Positions 29,583 through 39,682 of a DNA stretch of 64,000 nt are shown piece by piece. The stretch spans positions 2,048,001 to 2,112,000 of the forward strand of contig CAWGAA010000001.1 of the NCBI GenBank assembly GCA_963820525.1, read 5' to 3'. The translations under genes were made by a program, and so were the position numbers. Positions within the stretch are counted from its first letter, which is position 1. The number at the start of each line of letters is the position of its first letter. The notes beneath the pieces were generated by a model. The model was not told the origin of the DNA. It worked only from the letters and a program-made list of their open reading frames with translations, and did no database searches. The DNA is from an uncultured Spirochaetota bacterium. GTDB lineage: Bacteria; Spirochaetota; Spirochaetia; SZUA-6; Fen-1364.

Positions 29583-30752
29583 ATGGTGACATTATCCGTG
29601 CGAATTCCGTTGAACCCATACCGCAAATCCGGAAGAACGGTTTCCCGTATTGCTCTCGACGTGACCGGCGCGGGATTCCGCGTCTCGCAAACCACGGAGG
29701 ACGTCGGATCTCTGGACTTCGTCGATAGGTCATTGGAGCTGCCAACCGCGGGTTCCTACACAATCGCCGCGCGGATTTTCGAACGAGAGGACCCCATCGC
29801 CTCGGGAGAGGCGGTGGTGGCTGTGGCGGACGGAATGAACGTCGTCACCTTCCTCCTCATTACGTCCCGAGGAGATTTCTCTCCGGCAAAGGCTTCCCTC
29901 GCGGGGCGGTTGAGCGCAGGAACCGGACTGCGCTTCGATCTTCCCACCGAGGCGCAGTGGGAATACGCCTGCCGCGCCGGTACGACGAAGGCGTACAACA
30001 ACGACACGGATTGCCTGGTCGCGGAGAAGAACGACAGGTTGAAGGACCAGAACCTCGAGCCTCTCGCGTGGTACGGGGGGAATTGGAACGTCGAAGGCGA
30101 GGATTCCGAGAGAAAGCGCGAGGTAGGCCTCAAGGCGCCGAATGCCTGGGGGCTCTACGACATGCTGGGGAACCTTTGGGAGTATTGCCTGGATTGGTAT
30201 GACGCCTATCCCGCAGACGCCGTTGATCCGCTGGGCCCGGCCCAGGGCCAGAAGCGCGTGGTCCGGGGAGGGAGCTGGCACGCGTGGGCCGGCCTCTGCC
30301 GGTCGGCGATGCGGCAGAAGTCACGCGGCGCGTTCCGCGGCCAGGGCGTGCGCATTGCTTGTTCGACGGAGGGATCGCCCCCCGAGGCCGTATGCCTGAT
30401 CGTCGACGTTTCCAAGACCGGCGCGGGGAAGCTGGAAATAGAGTTCGCAAAGACCGTTCCGCCGGATCTGTTGACGAATGATGCGTACCGGACAACCAAG
30501 ATCGTCCTGAAGCGCATTAGAGCCGGATCCTTTATCATGGGCTCCCCGCCCGAGGAAACGGGCCGGAACTCCGACGAAACTCAGCACTCGGTAACGCTCA
30601 CAAGGGATTTCTTCATGGGCGTATTCATGATCACGCAGAAACAATGGGAACTGCTCATGGGGTCGAATAACAGCGTGAAGCGCGGAGAGAAGCTTCCAAT
30701 CGAGAACATCGATTGGGAGGATTGCCGGGGAGGCCAATGGCCGCCCGGTTGA
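29583..30752 (+). CDS. FGE-sulfatase (SUMF1)-domain protein, apparently circularly permuted
   Basis: LPTEAQWEYACRAG, PNAWGLYDMLGN and RGGSW come before AGSFIMGSP and MITQKQW; GGAGG RBS. Confidence 0.85.
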   Translation: MVTLSVRIPLNPYRKSGRTVSRIALDVTGAGFRVSQTTEDVGSLDFVDRSLELPTAGSYTIAARIFEREDPIASGEAVVAVADGMNVVTFLLITSRGDFSPAKASLAGRLSAGTGLRFDLPTEAQWEYACRAGTTKAYNNDTDCLVAEKNDRLKDQNLEPLAWYGGNWNVEGEDSERKREVGLKAPNAWGLYDMLGNLWEYCLDWYDAYPADAVDPLGPAQGQKRVVRGGSWHAWAGLCRSAMRQKSRGAFRGQGVRIACSTEGSPPEAVCLIVDVSKTGAGKLEIEFAKTVPPDLLTNDAYRTTKIVLKRIRAGSFIMGSPPEETGRNSDETQHSVTLTRDFFMGVFMITQKQWELLMGSNNSVKRGEKLPIENIDWEDCRGGQWPPG

Positions 30753-30771
30753 TCTTTTCAAGGAGGCAACG

Positions 30772-32064
30772 ATGAGAGAATCCGCATTCCGAACGCGGAC
30801 GATGTGGCAGGCCTTCGACGCGCACTGCGTGGGGGTCCTTGCCCAGTACGACCGCAACGCGTACGGCGGCGTGATTTTCGACGGCCGCTATCTCTACTAC
30901 ACGCCCAGCCGTCAGGAAGGCATCGCATTCGCGGGTCCCAACGTCATCTTCCACGGCCGCGTCCTGCGTTTTGACACTCGGGGAGACTTTTCCGACGCGG
31001 CGAGCTGGGCCGCCTACGACGCGAAGACCACAGACGGGATGGACACGCGCGGTTACGCCGGCGGGGTGTTCGACGGCAGGTACGTGTACTTTGCGCCGTG
31101 GTGCAGCCAGGGCTTCGACCACCACGCCCGCGTTTTACGCTACGACACGCGGGGTCAGGGATTTGAGGCCCCCTCAAGCTGGAGCGCGTTCGACGCTGGT
31201 AGGACCGACAGAGAAGGCCTTTGCCACGGGTACAACGGCGCCATTTTCGACGGCCGCCATGTGTATTTCATTCCCCTCTTCAACAACGAGCTCTTCAACC
31301 ACGGCCGCGTCCTTCGATACGATACCGAGGGCGATGATTTCAAGAACCCGGCCCGGTGGGAGGCCTACGACGTCAAGGACACGGACGGCATCCAGAACGT
31401 GGGATACTGCGGCGCTGTGTTCGACGGCAGACACATCTACTTCGTTCCGAGCGCATCTTCCACCTCCCCCGTGGACGCGAAAAGCCATGCCCACGTCCTT
31501 CGTTACGACACAAAAGGGGCCGGCTTCCGGGACGCCGGGAGCTGGCGGGCCTTCGACGCGGGCAGGACGGACGGGATGGAGACCCGCGGGTACTCCGGAG
31601 GCGTGTTTGACGGCCGGCACGTGTATTTCGTTCCCAATTTCCTCATCGGGGAGAGCTGGCACGCCCGCGTGCTGCGTTACGACACGCGGAAGGGCTTCCA
31701 GGAGCCGGCGAGCTGGGAAGCCTTTGACGCTGCGGGCACGGACAACCTGCCCACCGTCGGATTCGCCGGCGGAGCGTTCGACGGTCGATACGTCTACTTC
31801 ACGCCCCGCAACCAGAAAGGCAGGCATTTGCGCTACGACACGCAAAGCTCATTCAAGGAAAGCGCTTCATGGGAAGCCTTTGACGCCGGAAGCGTCGACG
31901 GCCTTGTCACCGAAGGCTTCATCAACGCCGCCTTTGACGGGAAATACGTCTACTTTGTCCCGCACATCGACTCTGCCAACACGTATCACTGCCGGACCCT
32001 GCGGTTCAAGGCGCGGGAGGACGCTTTCCTTCCGCCGAGCATCTTCGGGGGCTCGTTTTATTGA
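30772..32064 (+). CDS. Seven-repeat beta-propeller-like protein (FDGRYVYFxP repeats)
   Basis: Seven ~55-60 aa repeats of G..FDGR(Y/H)VYF.P ... LRYDT ... SW.AFD; AAGGAGG RBS. Confidence 0.8.
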   Translation: MRESAFRTRTMWQAFDAHCVGVLAQYDRNAYGGVIFDGRYLYYTPSRQEGIAFAGPNVIFHGRVLRFDTRGDFSDAASWAAYDAKTTDGMDTRGYAGGVFDGRYVYFAPWCSQGFDHHARVLRYDTRGQGFEAPSSWSAFDAGRTDREGLCHGYNGAIFDGRHVYFIPLFNNELFNHGRVLRYDTEGDDFKNPARWEAYDVKDTDGIQNVGYCGAVFDGRHIYFVPSASSTSPVDAKSHAHVLRYDTKGAGFRDAGSWRAFDAGRTDGMETRGYSGGVFDGRHVYFVPNFLIGESWHARVLRYDTRKGFQEPASWEAFDAAGTDNLPTVGFAGGAFDGRYVYFTPRNQKGRHLRYDTQSSFKESASWEAFDAGSVDGLVTEGFINAAFDGKYVYFVPHIDSANTYHCRTLRFKAREDAFLPPSIFGGSFY

Positions 32065-32081
32065 GGGGGCTCTCTCCCGTT

Positions 32082-32726
32082 CTATTCGAGATCCGGCCTG
32101 TGGAAGAACCGCCATTTCGCGTCCCGCGGCGCGACGGCGAGAACATCGTAATCCATGACGATCCTGGCCGGCGTCGATTCCATTCCCGCAAGCTTCAAGG
32201 CCCAGATGTTCCATCCCTTCTCCATGGTGATATCGTCATACCGGTAGTTGATGATGCGGGTCATATCGATGAGCTTGCCGCTCGGGTCGTATATCTTGGT
32301 TTCCGTGATCGGATTAAGCCCGTGGATACGGACTTTCCGCGTGGCAAACCGGTAGTAGACGTAGTAGCTGCCTACGGGAAGCTGGGTCGAGCCGGGAAGA
32401 ATGTTGGTGAAGTACGCCATGTAGCGATACCTCTGCATCGCATCGAAAATCGAAAACTCGATGCAGTTGCTCACCATGGCGTCGTAGTCGCTGACGGACA
32501 CGGACGGAGACCGGGGAACAAGGGTCTCCATGGGAGATGCCTTTTCCCGAGGCACTTCCGGTAAAACCATGCGGAATGAACCGTCCGGCGCGATGTCGCA
32601 CTCGGACAGAACGTGGTTCTTGGGGTCGTTGACCTTCGTTCCGAACCAGAAATACGATCTGAGCCTGGCATTAGCCAGTCCGGCGGACTTCCAGTCCTCC
32701 ATGATTCCGGTAATGGCGTTGTCCAT
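32082..32726 (-). CDS. Hypothetical protein (MEKGWN motif)
   Basis: GGGAGG RBS, 214 aa, directly downstream of the ThDP gene. Confidence 0.7.
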   Translation of the reverse strand: MDNAITGIMEDWKSAGLANARLRSYFWFGTKVNDPKNHVLSECDIAPDGSFRMVLPEVPREKASPMETLVPRSPSVSVSDYDAMVSNCIEFSIFDAMQRYRYMAYFTNILPGSTQLPVGSYYVYYRFATRKVRIHGLNPITETKIYDPSGKLIDMTRIINYRYDDITMEKGWNIWALKLAGMESTPARIVMDYDVLAVAPRDAKWRFFHRPDLE

Positions 32727-32743
32727 ACGACCTCCCTTTTTCC

Positions 32744-34396
32744 CTAGACGCGTCCCATGGCGAACGGCGGATACACCTCGGATTCGACGACCGCGTCGAT
32801 CAACGTCGGTTTTTTGGACCGCAGGGCCTTGATAAAAATCGGCGCGAAATCCTCGATTCGCTCCACGCGGTAGCCCTGCGCGCCGCAGGCTTTTGCGTAG
32901 GCGACGAAGTCCGGGTTTTGAAACTGCATGAAGGCGTGGTCCCCGTACATGTCGATGAGGAATTTCTTGATGATGTTGAACTCGCCGTTGTTGAAGATCA
33001 CCCAAATGACGGGAATGTCGTACTGCACCGCGGTCAAAAGCTCGAACCCGGCCATGAGATATGCGCCGTCGCCGACCCCACATACGATCGTCTTGTCGGG
33101 GAACGCGCATTTCATTCCCATGGAAGCGTTGCAGTGGCTGGCCATAGGCCCGAAGCTGCCGGGATTCTGGTAGATCTGGTTCTTTGTGAGCTTCAGGTAG
33201 CAGCTGAGCCACAGCATGTCGGACCCGGCGTCGCCCAAGACAATGCTCTCCGCCGGCAGATTTTCCGAGATGACCTTGACCAGAGCGGCGGGATGGATCT
33301 TCTTCCCGTTGTAGGAGATCGGCGTATCGTACCATGTATCCTTCCCTACGGCCTTCTTCGTCACGGGCGGCTTTCGGGCGGCGAGCTCCGCGAGAATTCC
33401 CTGCAGTGCGGGCTTGATGTCGCTCACCAATCCCACGTCCGCCCTGTACACCTTGTCGATCTCCGCGGGATCGATGTTGACGTGGAGGAGCGTCTTCTTT
33501 TGAAACAGATTCACCCTGTACGCGAAAGTCGCGTTCTGGGCAAAGGAGTTGCCAAGCGACAGGATCATCGAGCATCGATCGAAGTACGCATTGGCGCCGG
33601 GATCCCCGGAAGACCCGAAAACGCCCTGGCAGAGGGGATGGTCCTCGTTGAGGATGCCCTTGGCGTCCATCGTTGTCATGAACGGAATCTGATACGCATC
33701 GACGAGTTGGAGCAATTCGGCTTGGGCGCCGCTTCGGTAACACCCGTAGCCGATAAGAAGCGCCATCGTCTGGTTTCCGGCAATGGCGTCTGCCATGCGC
33801 CCGGCGAGCTCCTTGACCCTGCGCGCGTCGGGCAGGACGGGCTTCACGTCCACTCGGATGGAGCGGAAGCTCAAGACGGTCGCGCCGGTGACGTCCTTGG
33901 GGATGTGAACATGGACGGGACCGGGCCGGCCTTCAAACGCGGTGTTGATGGCCTCCTCAAAGACGTTGCAGGTCTGTTCGGGATCTTCAAGAAGGAAGGA
34001 TTTCTTCGTCGTGAGAGAGAACATCTTGTGGGAATCAGGGGTCCGGTTCAAGCCCGATGCCTCATTGAGCGCGCCCTTGCCCCGCATGCCCGCAGAGACG
34101 TATCCCGTGATCCCGAGGATGGGCAGCGAGTCGGAATAAGCCACCGCCATGCCGGAAAACAGATTGAACGCGCCCGGTCCGCCGGTGGCGAAACACACCC
34201 CAAGCTTCCGGGAGAACATCGCGTAACCGCAGGCCATGAAGGACGCGGCCTGCTCGTTGCGTACGATTACCGTCTTGATCAGCTTGGAGTCTCGAAGGGC
34301 CAACAGCATGGTGGCGTTCACCTGGCCCGAACCGCCGAAGACGTGGTCCACGCCGACCGACTCGAGGATCTTCACGACGCTTTGATTGACGTCCAC
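32744..34396 (-). CDS. Thiamine-diphosphate-dependent enzyme (acetolactate synthase-like superfamily)
   Basis: RNEQAASFMA catalytic Glu, GPGAFN, GDGAYLM...NN ThDP motif; GTG start after GGGAGG. Confidence 0.92.
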   Translation of the reverse strand: MDVNQSVVKILESVGVDHVFGGSGQVNATMLLALRDSKLIKTVIVRNEQAASFMACGYAMFSRKLGVCFATGGPGAFNLFSGMAVAYSDSLPILGITGYVSAGMRGKGALNEASGLNRTPDSHKMFSLTTKKSFLLEDPEQTCNVFEEAINTAFEGRPGPVHVHIPKDVTGATVLSFRSIRVDVKPVLPDARRVKELAGRMADAIAGNQTMALLIGYGCYRSGAQAELLQLVDAYQIPFMTTMDAKGILNEDHPLCQGVFGSSGDPGANAYFDRCSMILSLGNSFAQNATFAYRVNLFQKKTLLHVNIDPAEIDKVYRADVGLVSDIKPALQGILAELAARKPPVTKKAVGKDTWYDTPISYNGKKIHPAALVKVISENLPAESIVLGDAGSDMLWLSCYLKLTKNQIYQNPGSFGPMASHCNASMGMKCAFPDKTIVCGVGDGAYLMAGFELLTAVQYDIPVIWVIFNNGEFNIIKKFLIDMYGDHAFMQFQNPDFVAYAKACGAQGYRVERIEDFAPIFIKALRSKKPTLIDAVVESEVYPPFAMGRV

Positions 34397-34398
34397 GG

Positions 34399-34626
34399 CT
34401 AGGCCTCCCTTTTTTCGTTGAACCTCGCTCGTATCGTCTTTGGGGGATTCTTGGAGAAGACGACTCCGTTCGTGCCGGCATTGTCCAGGGTGTAGCCGTC
34501 GAAGAAGATGTAGATCCGGTCTTTCGGAACATTGGTCAACTCGGAGAAGATGGAAACATACTTGTCGGCGATGACCGCTTTTTGGTCTTCGGTCAACTCC
34601 AGGCTCTGGATGGTGATGGCGGGCAT
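34399..34626 (-). CDS. 4-oxalocrotonate tautomerase family protein
   Basis: Pro-1 (MPAITI), LTEDQK, 75 aa. Confidence 0.85.
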   Translation of the reverse strand: MPAITIQSLELTEDQKAVIADKYVSIFSELTNVPKDRIYIFFDGYTLDNAGTNGVVFSKNPPKTIRARFNEKREA

Positions 34627-34681
34627 ACAACCTCCTTGATCTTCCCGCGATCCGGCGCGGGAGCGACTGCAAGAGATTTGC

Positions 34682-35452
34682 CTATAAGGCCTTCAAGACT
34701 TCGGCGATTTTCTCTCCGTAGGCGATGGATGATTCAACGGAGGTCCCCGTAACGAACGGCCAGTCGTAGGCCACCTCGGGATCCTTGCGGGTGGCGGATT
34801 CGCGGGCGATGCATTTCCCCTTGGGTCCTACGGCATCGCGGACAAGGTGCTCCGCCGGCCAGAGAAAGCCCGGGGTATGAACGTCGGTACCCTTGTTGTC
34901 CGGCGTCGTGCCGTACAGATCGTAAGTGAAATCGAATTCCGGGCCGTAGAAGTCCCATGCCGCGGGGTGAGCGGTGATTTTTTTGCCGTAGATGATGCTC
35001 TTGTTGCCTTTCTTCGGGTCACGGATGAACACCAGCGTCGTGACGGCGTAGCAAAGCGCGCCGATCAGTTTGTTGGAGGAATAGGCTTCCCTGATCAGTC
35101 TGTGGAGGTTCCAGTTATTGCACATGTCGATCATCGCGCCCAGGCCGCCGGTGAGGACCACGGCGTCGTAGTCCGCCATTTTTGCGTCCTTGAACTTGAT
35201 CGAATGAGCCCATTCGTTTCCGTCAACCAGCTCCTTGATTCGTTTGCAGACCTCCGGGGGATTGGTGTGGAACTTGATGACGGGATCAAAGAAGTCCGGG
35301 TCCACGCTGACGCGCAGCGGCAGCGGCTTCTTACCCAGGGGCGTGGTCAGCGTGACCTCGAAACCGGCCGTCTTTATGATATCCCAGGGCGCCTGGAGTT
35401 CCTCGCCCCACGATCCGTAGTTCGTCGCTGCGATCAAGACCTTCTTACCCAT
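34682..35452 (-). CDS. DJ-1/PfpI (class I GATase-like) protein
   Basis: WGEEL, YDAVVLTGG.GA, GALCYA nucleophile elbow. Confidence 0.88.
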   Translation of the reverse strand: MGKKVLIAATNYGSWGEELQAPWDIIKTAGFEVTLTTPLGKKPLPLRVSVDPDFFDPVIKFHTNPPEVCKRIKELVDGNEWAHSIKFKDAKMADYDAVVLTGGLGAMIDMCNNWNLHRLIREAYSSNKLIGALCYAVTTLVFIRDPKKGNKSIIYGKKITAHPAAWDFYGPEFDFTYDLYGTTPDNKGTDVHTPGFLWPAEHLVRDAVGPKGKCIARESATRKDPEVAYDWPFVTGTSVESSIAYGEKIAEVLKAL

Positions 35453-35496
35453 CTACGTTCCTCCTCTAAAGAGATCCATTTTAAAACCGCGCAGAC

Positions 35497-35832
35497 CTAT
35501 GCCTTGTCCTGTCCAGGGATGACCTTTTTTATCGGCGCGAAGACGTCGATCGCCTCCGTTTCACCCAGGGCGACAAACGAATGCTCGGCGTCGGGGGGTA
35601 TGAAGTAGGCGTCGCCCGCTCCCAGAACGTGCTTCTCGCCGTCGAGCATGATCTCGAAACCGCCCCTGATGACGTATCCGAACTGCTCCTCATTGTGATG
35701 GTGCAGGGGAACCACGCTCCGGTCCGCCATGTTCCAATGGAAGACGCTCATCCGCTGCCCGATTCCCAGGTATTGAAAGATGACCCCGCCGCCGAGGTCT
35801 TTCTTGGAGATTCTCTCATGGTAGCAGAACAT
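35497..35832 (-). CDS. Cupin domain protein
   Basis: HHHNEEQFGY and GDAYFIPPDAEH motifs. Confidence 0.9.
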   Translation of the reverse strand: MFCYHERISKKDLGGGVIFQYLGIGQRMSVFHWNMADRSVVPLHHHNEEQFGYVIRGGFEIMLDGEKHVLGAGDAYFIPPDAEHSFVALGETEAIDVFAPIKKVIPGQDKA

Positions 35833-35833
35833 G

Positions 35834-36418
35834 TCACTCCTGCCTTTCCTCGATTTTTTCGATGATCGTTCTGGCGAAGCGCGCGAACAGGCCGCCCGTC
35901 CTTGCGGTTACCAGATCCCCGTCTACGACGATATCCTCATCTACATACACGGCGCCGGCGTTCCGGACGCTTCCTATGACGTTGTTGTGGCACGTAACGC
36001 GCCGCCCGCAGATGGTTTCCGGTATGGGATCGAAGATCCACAGGGAGTGGCAGATGCATCCCTTCAGGACAGCGGGATTGGACATGGCTCGGCGGAAAAA
36101 GAGGACTGCCGGCGCCAGGTCCCCAGGTCTTTCCGCATAGCGGAGCATGTCCGCCACATAGCCGGCAGGAACAATGATCGCGGAATACCCGGCCAGCGCC
36201 GCATCGTCGAGATCCTCGAAGCTCTTGTCCACCGTGACTTCCATGCCCAGTTCCAGGCCACGGAAACAAAGCCGCGGCTGCCCCCACAGGCGGGTGAGGA
36301 ATTCGACCCGGATTCCCTCTTCGGGGAATCGATGCGTATAGTAGCTTATTTCCTGGTCGATGAACCGATTCTCCAGAAGGACGCCTATTTTCTTTTCGTT
36401 CTGCATACTCTTTTTCAT
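35834..36418 (-). CDS. DJ-1/PfpI family protein
   Basis: FIDQEI, AGYVADMLR, GCICHS, VVDGDLVTAR. Confidence 0.88.
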   Translation of the reverse strand: MKKSMQNEKKIGVLLENRFIDQEISYYTHRFPEEGIRVEFLTRLWGQPRLCFRGLELGMEVTVDKSFEDLDDAALAGYSAIIVPAGYVADMLRYAERPGDLAPAVLFFRRAMSNPAVLKGCICHSLWIFDPIPETICGRRVTCHNNVIGSVRNAGAVYVDEDIVVDGDLVTARTGGLFARFARTIIEKIEERQE

Positions 36419-37231
36419 TGTCAGAAAAGATCATAGCCTGTCCGGGCCCCTAGCGCAACTACAAGAACAGCCATTCTCAATGTTTGCTGTAGATGCCGGG
36501 CTATGCGCGAAGATCTGAATTACCGTCTATATGCACACAATCTTTCATCGAAGAGCTTTTCCTTCTCCTCATTATAAAAAGGGTCTGTAGGAAACAGCCG
36601 ATTAATGGGGTAACGAGAAATGATGGTTGGCTGAAAATGCTGGATCATATTCCAACGATCGGTTTCAGTGTCCTTTCCATCCAATCCCCAACTATCATCA
36701 CGATGAAGCATTAGGCCGAATGTCTTATGATGTTCCTTCACTATTCGTTTGTACTCCGACGCAAATTCATACAAATTGGCCTGGATTGGCGGATAGGTCT
36801 CGCAAATAACATAGTCAATAGTGGGCAAATCACAGATTTTTGAAAGCCGTACTCCTCTCTGAGTTCCCCACGGCACCCACCTGTGAATGAAATCAACACT
36901 GAAGGTAGAATCGATAACTTCTTCGTACGCGAGGCTCCAGTTATGTAAACCGAAATAAATCACACCTTTGAAATTGGGATTATCGCTGTTTACATCTAGA
37001 CAGCCTTTGAAATGCCGCCTATCCATGAGTCAACATACTGAGAAGTGACGAAATCATCCCATGCTGCCCAAACCCCGGTGTTTCTTGGAAGAGAAACCAA
37101 GCGAGTGCCACTCTGGACCGTCGCCGGCACATTATATCTGGGATAATATTCAGTCTTGCCGCCACCATTTGGCACCATGGCTTTAGTATGTACTGGAAAT
37201 TTAGAGACGACTTCCCCGTTATACGCAACTA

Positions 37232-38443
37232 GTACATAGTCATTGAAGTTTACAATACATTGAACATATGCCATACTGTCTGATGGAGGGGAACAGTATG
37301 GGAGGCAAGAGATATCGGGTTCGGTTGCGAAAGAAAGAGCTGAAGCAGCTCAAAGCTCTTGTTCACAAGGGAGTGCAGAAAGCAAGAGTGATCAACCGCG
37401 CGCGCATACTCCTCATGGCCGATGAGAGCATTGGAGGGGAGCACAAAAGCGACGGGGAGATTTCGAAGATCCTTGCAATCTGCCTGCGGATGGTGGCGGC
37501 GACGCGCGAGAAGTACTGGCGATTTGGGCTACGGCAGGCGCTGGGAGAGAAGCCTCGCTCGGGGCATCCTGCGAAGCTTAGCGGGAAAGGCGAGGCGATC
37601 CTGACCACGATAGCCTGCACGGATGCGCCGCAGGGACGCAGTCGGTGGACGCTGCGGCTGTTAGCGGACAAGTTGGTGGAGATGAAGGAAGTGAAGTCGA
37701 TCTCGCATGAGACGGTGCGAAGGACATTAAAAAAAACGACCTCAAGCCGTGGCAGAAGAAGCAGTGGTGCCTTGGGCAGATAACGGGGGAGTATCTGGCG
37801 CGGATGGAAGACATCCTGGAAGTCTACGAACGGGCCTACAATCCTCGCTTTCCCGTGATCTGCTTCGATGAGCGCCCGTATCAGCTTCTTCATGGGTTGG
37901 CGGAGGAGCTGGCGATGAAACCCGGCCGCGTCGCGAGGGTGGATTACCAGTATCAGAGGCGAGGGACCTGCTGCCTGCTGGCGGTCGTGGAACCTCGGGG
38001 CGGCAGACGGAGGGTGGAAGTGCACCGTCATCGGGGCAAGCGAGAGTATGCCTCCTTCATGAGAAGACTGGCCGCCCAGTGGTACCCGCAGGCTGAGCGG
38101 ATCATCCTGATCCAGGACAACCTGAACACCCACGGCCCCGGGTCGTTCTACGAGTTCTATCCCGCCAATGAGGCCAGAGCTCTGGCGAAGCGCTTTGAGA
38201 TCCACTTCACACCGAAGAAGGCTAGCTGGCTGAACATGGTGGAGATCGAGCTGTCGGTACTTTCGAAGCAGTGTTTCGGGGGACGGATAGCTACCGTCTC
38301 TGAACTGAAACGGCAGGTCAGGGGGTGGGAAAGACGCCGCAACAAGGACCAGGCAAAGATCAGCTGGCGATTCACCACAGAGAGAGCACGCGACAAGCTT
38401 CAAAGGCACTACCAAGCTATTGTGAACTAGATGGACGAGGTAC
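37232..38443 (+). mobile_element. IS630 family element inserted at CTAG with TA duplication
   Basis: TA-gtacatagtc... / ...gacgaggtac-TA imperfect TIRs; the empty site restores the host reading frame. Confidence 0.88.
37298..38430 (+). CDS. IS630 transposase in two ORFs, probably joined by a -1 programmed frameshift
   Basis: HTH ORF 37298-37783 plus DDE ORF (CFDE, QDNLNTH, SWLNMVE); A8 slippery run at 37729-37736. Confidence 0.9.
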
Positions 38444-39284
38444 TAGGTGAACAACGCAGTATTTCTGCCAGGATTTAAGCACCGAGTCGCTGTATGCGGG
38501 AAGATCCCAATAATCGATTCTCTTGTTATTCTGATATCCAGGATCCATCCCACAATAGAGGCAATCCTCATTGAAGAAGTATCCTGAAGTGAAAGGCTTC
38601 ATAGGCTTGAGATATATTCTTTTATACATATTGATGAACCACTCCATTGCTTCCAGATTCATCGAGTCAAAAGCAGGAAGCTTATTGGAAGATCCAAGAG
38701 ACCAGACGGTTGCCGGAACGATCGATCCATCTCGAGTCAATGAATACGCGCGGTATTTCGCGGGGAAGGTATCGTTATTAAAGGCGGGGATGTATTTCTG
38801 AAGGCCCGCGGACGTTAGCCATAGATCTATGGTACTCTTTTTAAACACTTCTGCAACCGCTATGCATGCTGAAATATCCTCAGGATGAAAATAGATCGGA
38901 CCATGTTCGACACCGGATACAGGGTGTTTTTTCAAGATATCCGTAAGCTGGTAGGCTTCCGAGGCAGTCGATATTGCCCCAAAGCTCGAGGTGTAGTAAA
39001 CACTAACTTCCTGCAGGAAATAATATCCTTTAATGAGTTTCTGTTGGTACTACGTTTCGTCATACTGCGGTTCTTCGTGTTTCAGGGTGTTGCACGAAAC
39101 TATCAATAACCATGAGACGAGAGAGACACTACGGATAATATGAGTTTTATTCATAAGAAAACCCATCCTCTCAGCTCCTATGCATGCAAGAACGTCTCGC
39201 CGAAAAAATCGGATCAGCTTCATCAATATGGCTATACCCAACATGCACAACATGTTATTATAGCTACAGCTTGTCGGGTAATTG

Positions 39285-39671
39285 TTAGCTCTCCGGAGCC
39301 CGCTTACCGTGGATACGCGGGGTTGGCGTCTTTCTCGCGGGGGACGGTAGCTTTTTAAGAAGGCGATCGGTGACGCGCAACGACATCCTCTCCATTTGAG
39401 CGATGATTCTGTCCAGTTCGCGGCCGGTGGCAACCCAGACGGCGAGAAGGTCGGCCTGTTCGCGCGTCAGGCGGACTGTGACGGTTTTTCCATCCACCTT
39501 GCGGGTCCACTGGTAGTAGGGACCGTGAAGGCGGGGCGGAGAAGCTTGGCAGGCGCAGCCGGGCTTGCCGCAGGCCATGAAGCGTTTCAGCAAGGTGCCA
39601 CGGCGGAAATAGCCGACTCGGCTGAGGGCGCGCTGGAGCTGCTGGTAGTTTTGCGGAAGATCGGTTTTCAT
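39285..39671 (-). CDS. DUF6788-like Cys/His small protein
   Basis: RGTL...CGKPGCAC...HGPYYQWT.K..GKT motif. Confidence 0.8.
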   Translation of the reverse strand: MKTDLPQNYQQLQRALSRVGYFRRGTLLKRFMACGKPGCACQASPPRLHGPYYQWTRKVDGKTVTVRLTREQADLLAVWVATGRELDRIIAQMERMSLRVTDRLLKKLPSPARKTPTPRIHGKRAPES

Positions 39672-39682
39672 AGAAATATATC

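Larger units (their letters stand above)
36520..39154 (-). pseudogene. AT-rich lipoprotein gene (about 470 aa reconstructed) disrupted by a TAG, IS630 and a frameshift
   Basis: Lipobox IVSC; in-frame TAG at 39050-39052; removing IS630 restores V-H-L-V-A-Y-N; 1-bp deletion near 36997. Confidence 0.8.

Noticed and set aside
27432..30752. Diversity-generating retroelement, since DUF1566 and FGE domains are typical DGR targets
   Set aside because: No reverse transcriptase and no template/variable repeat pair with adenine-specific mismatches was seen in the window. A trans-acting DGR cannot be excluded.
30772..32064. Regularly spaced ttcgacggc... repeats as a possible CRISPR array
   Set aside because: They are degenerate, in-frame coding repeats of a propeller protein, and no cas genes are present.
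24208..34402. Long + strand ORFs (24208-25614, 26282-27328, 27633-29357, 32918-34402)
   Set aside because: Antisense shadows of well-supported GC-rich - strand genes. The same applies to 2673-4073, 39285-40577 beyond 39671, and 59601-60599.
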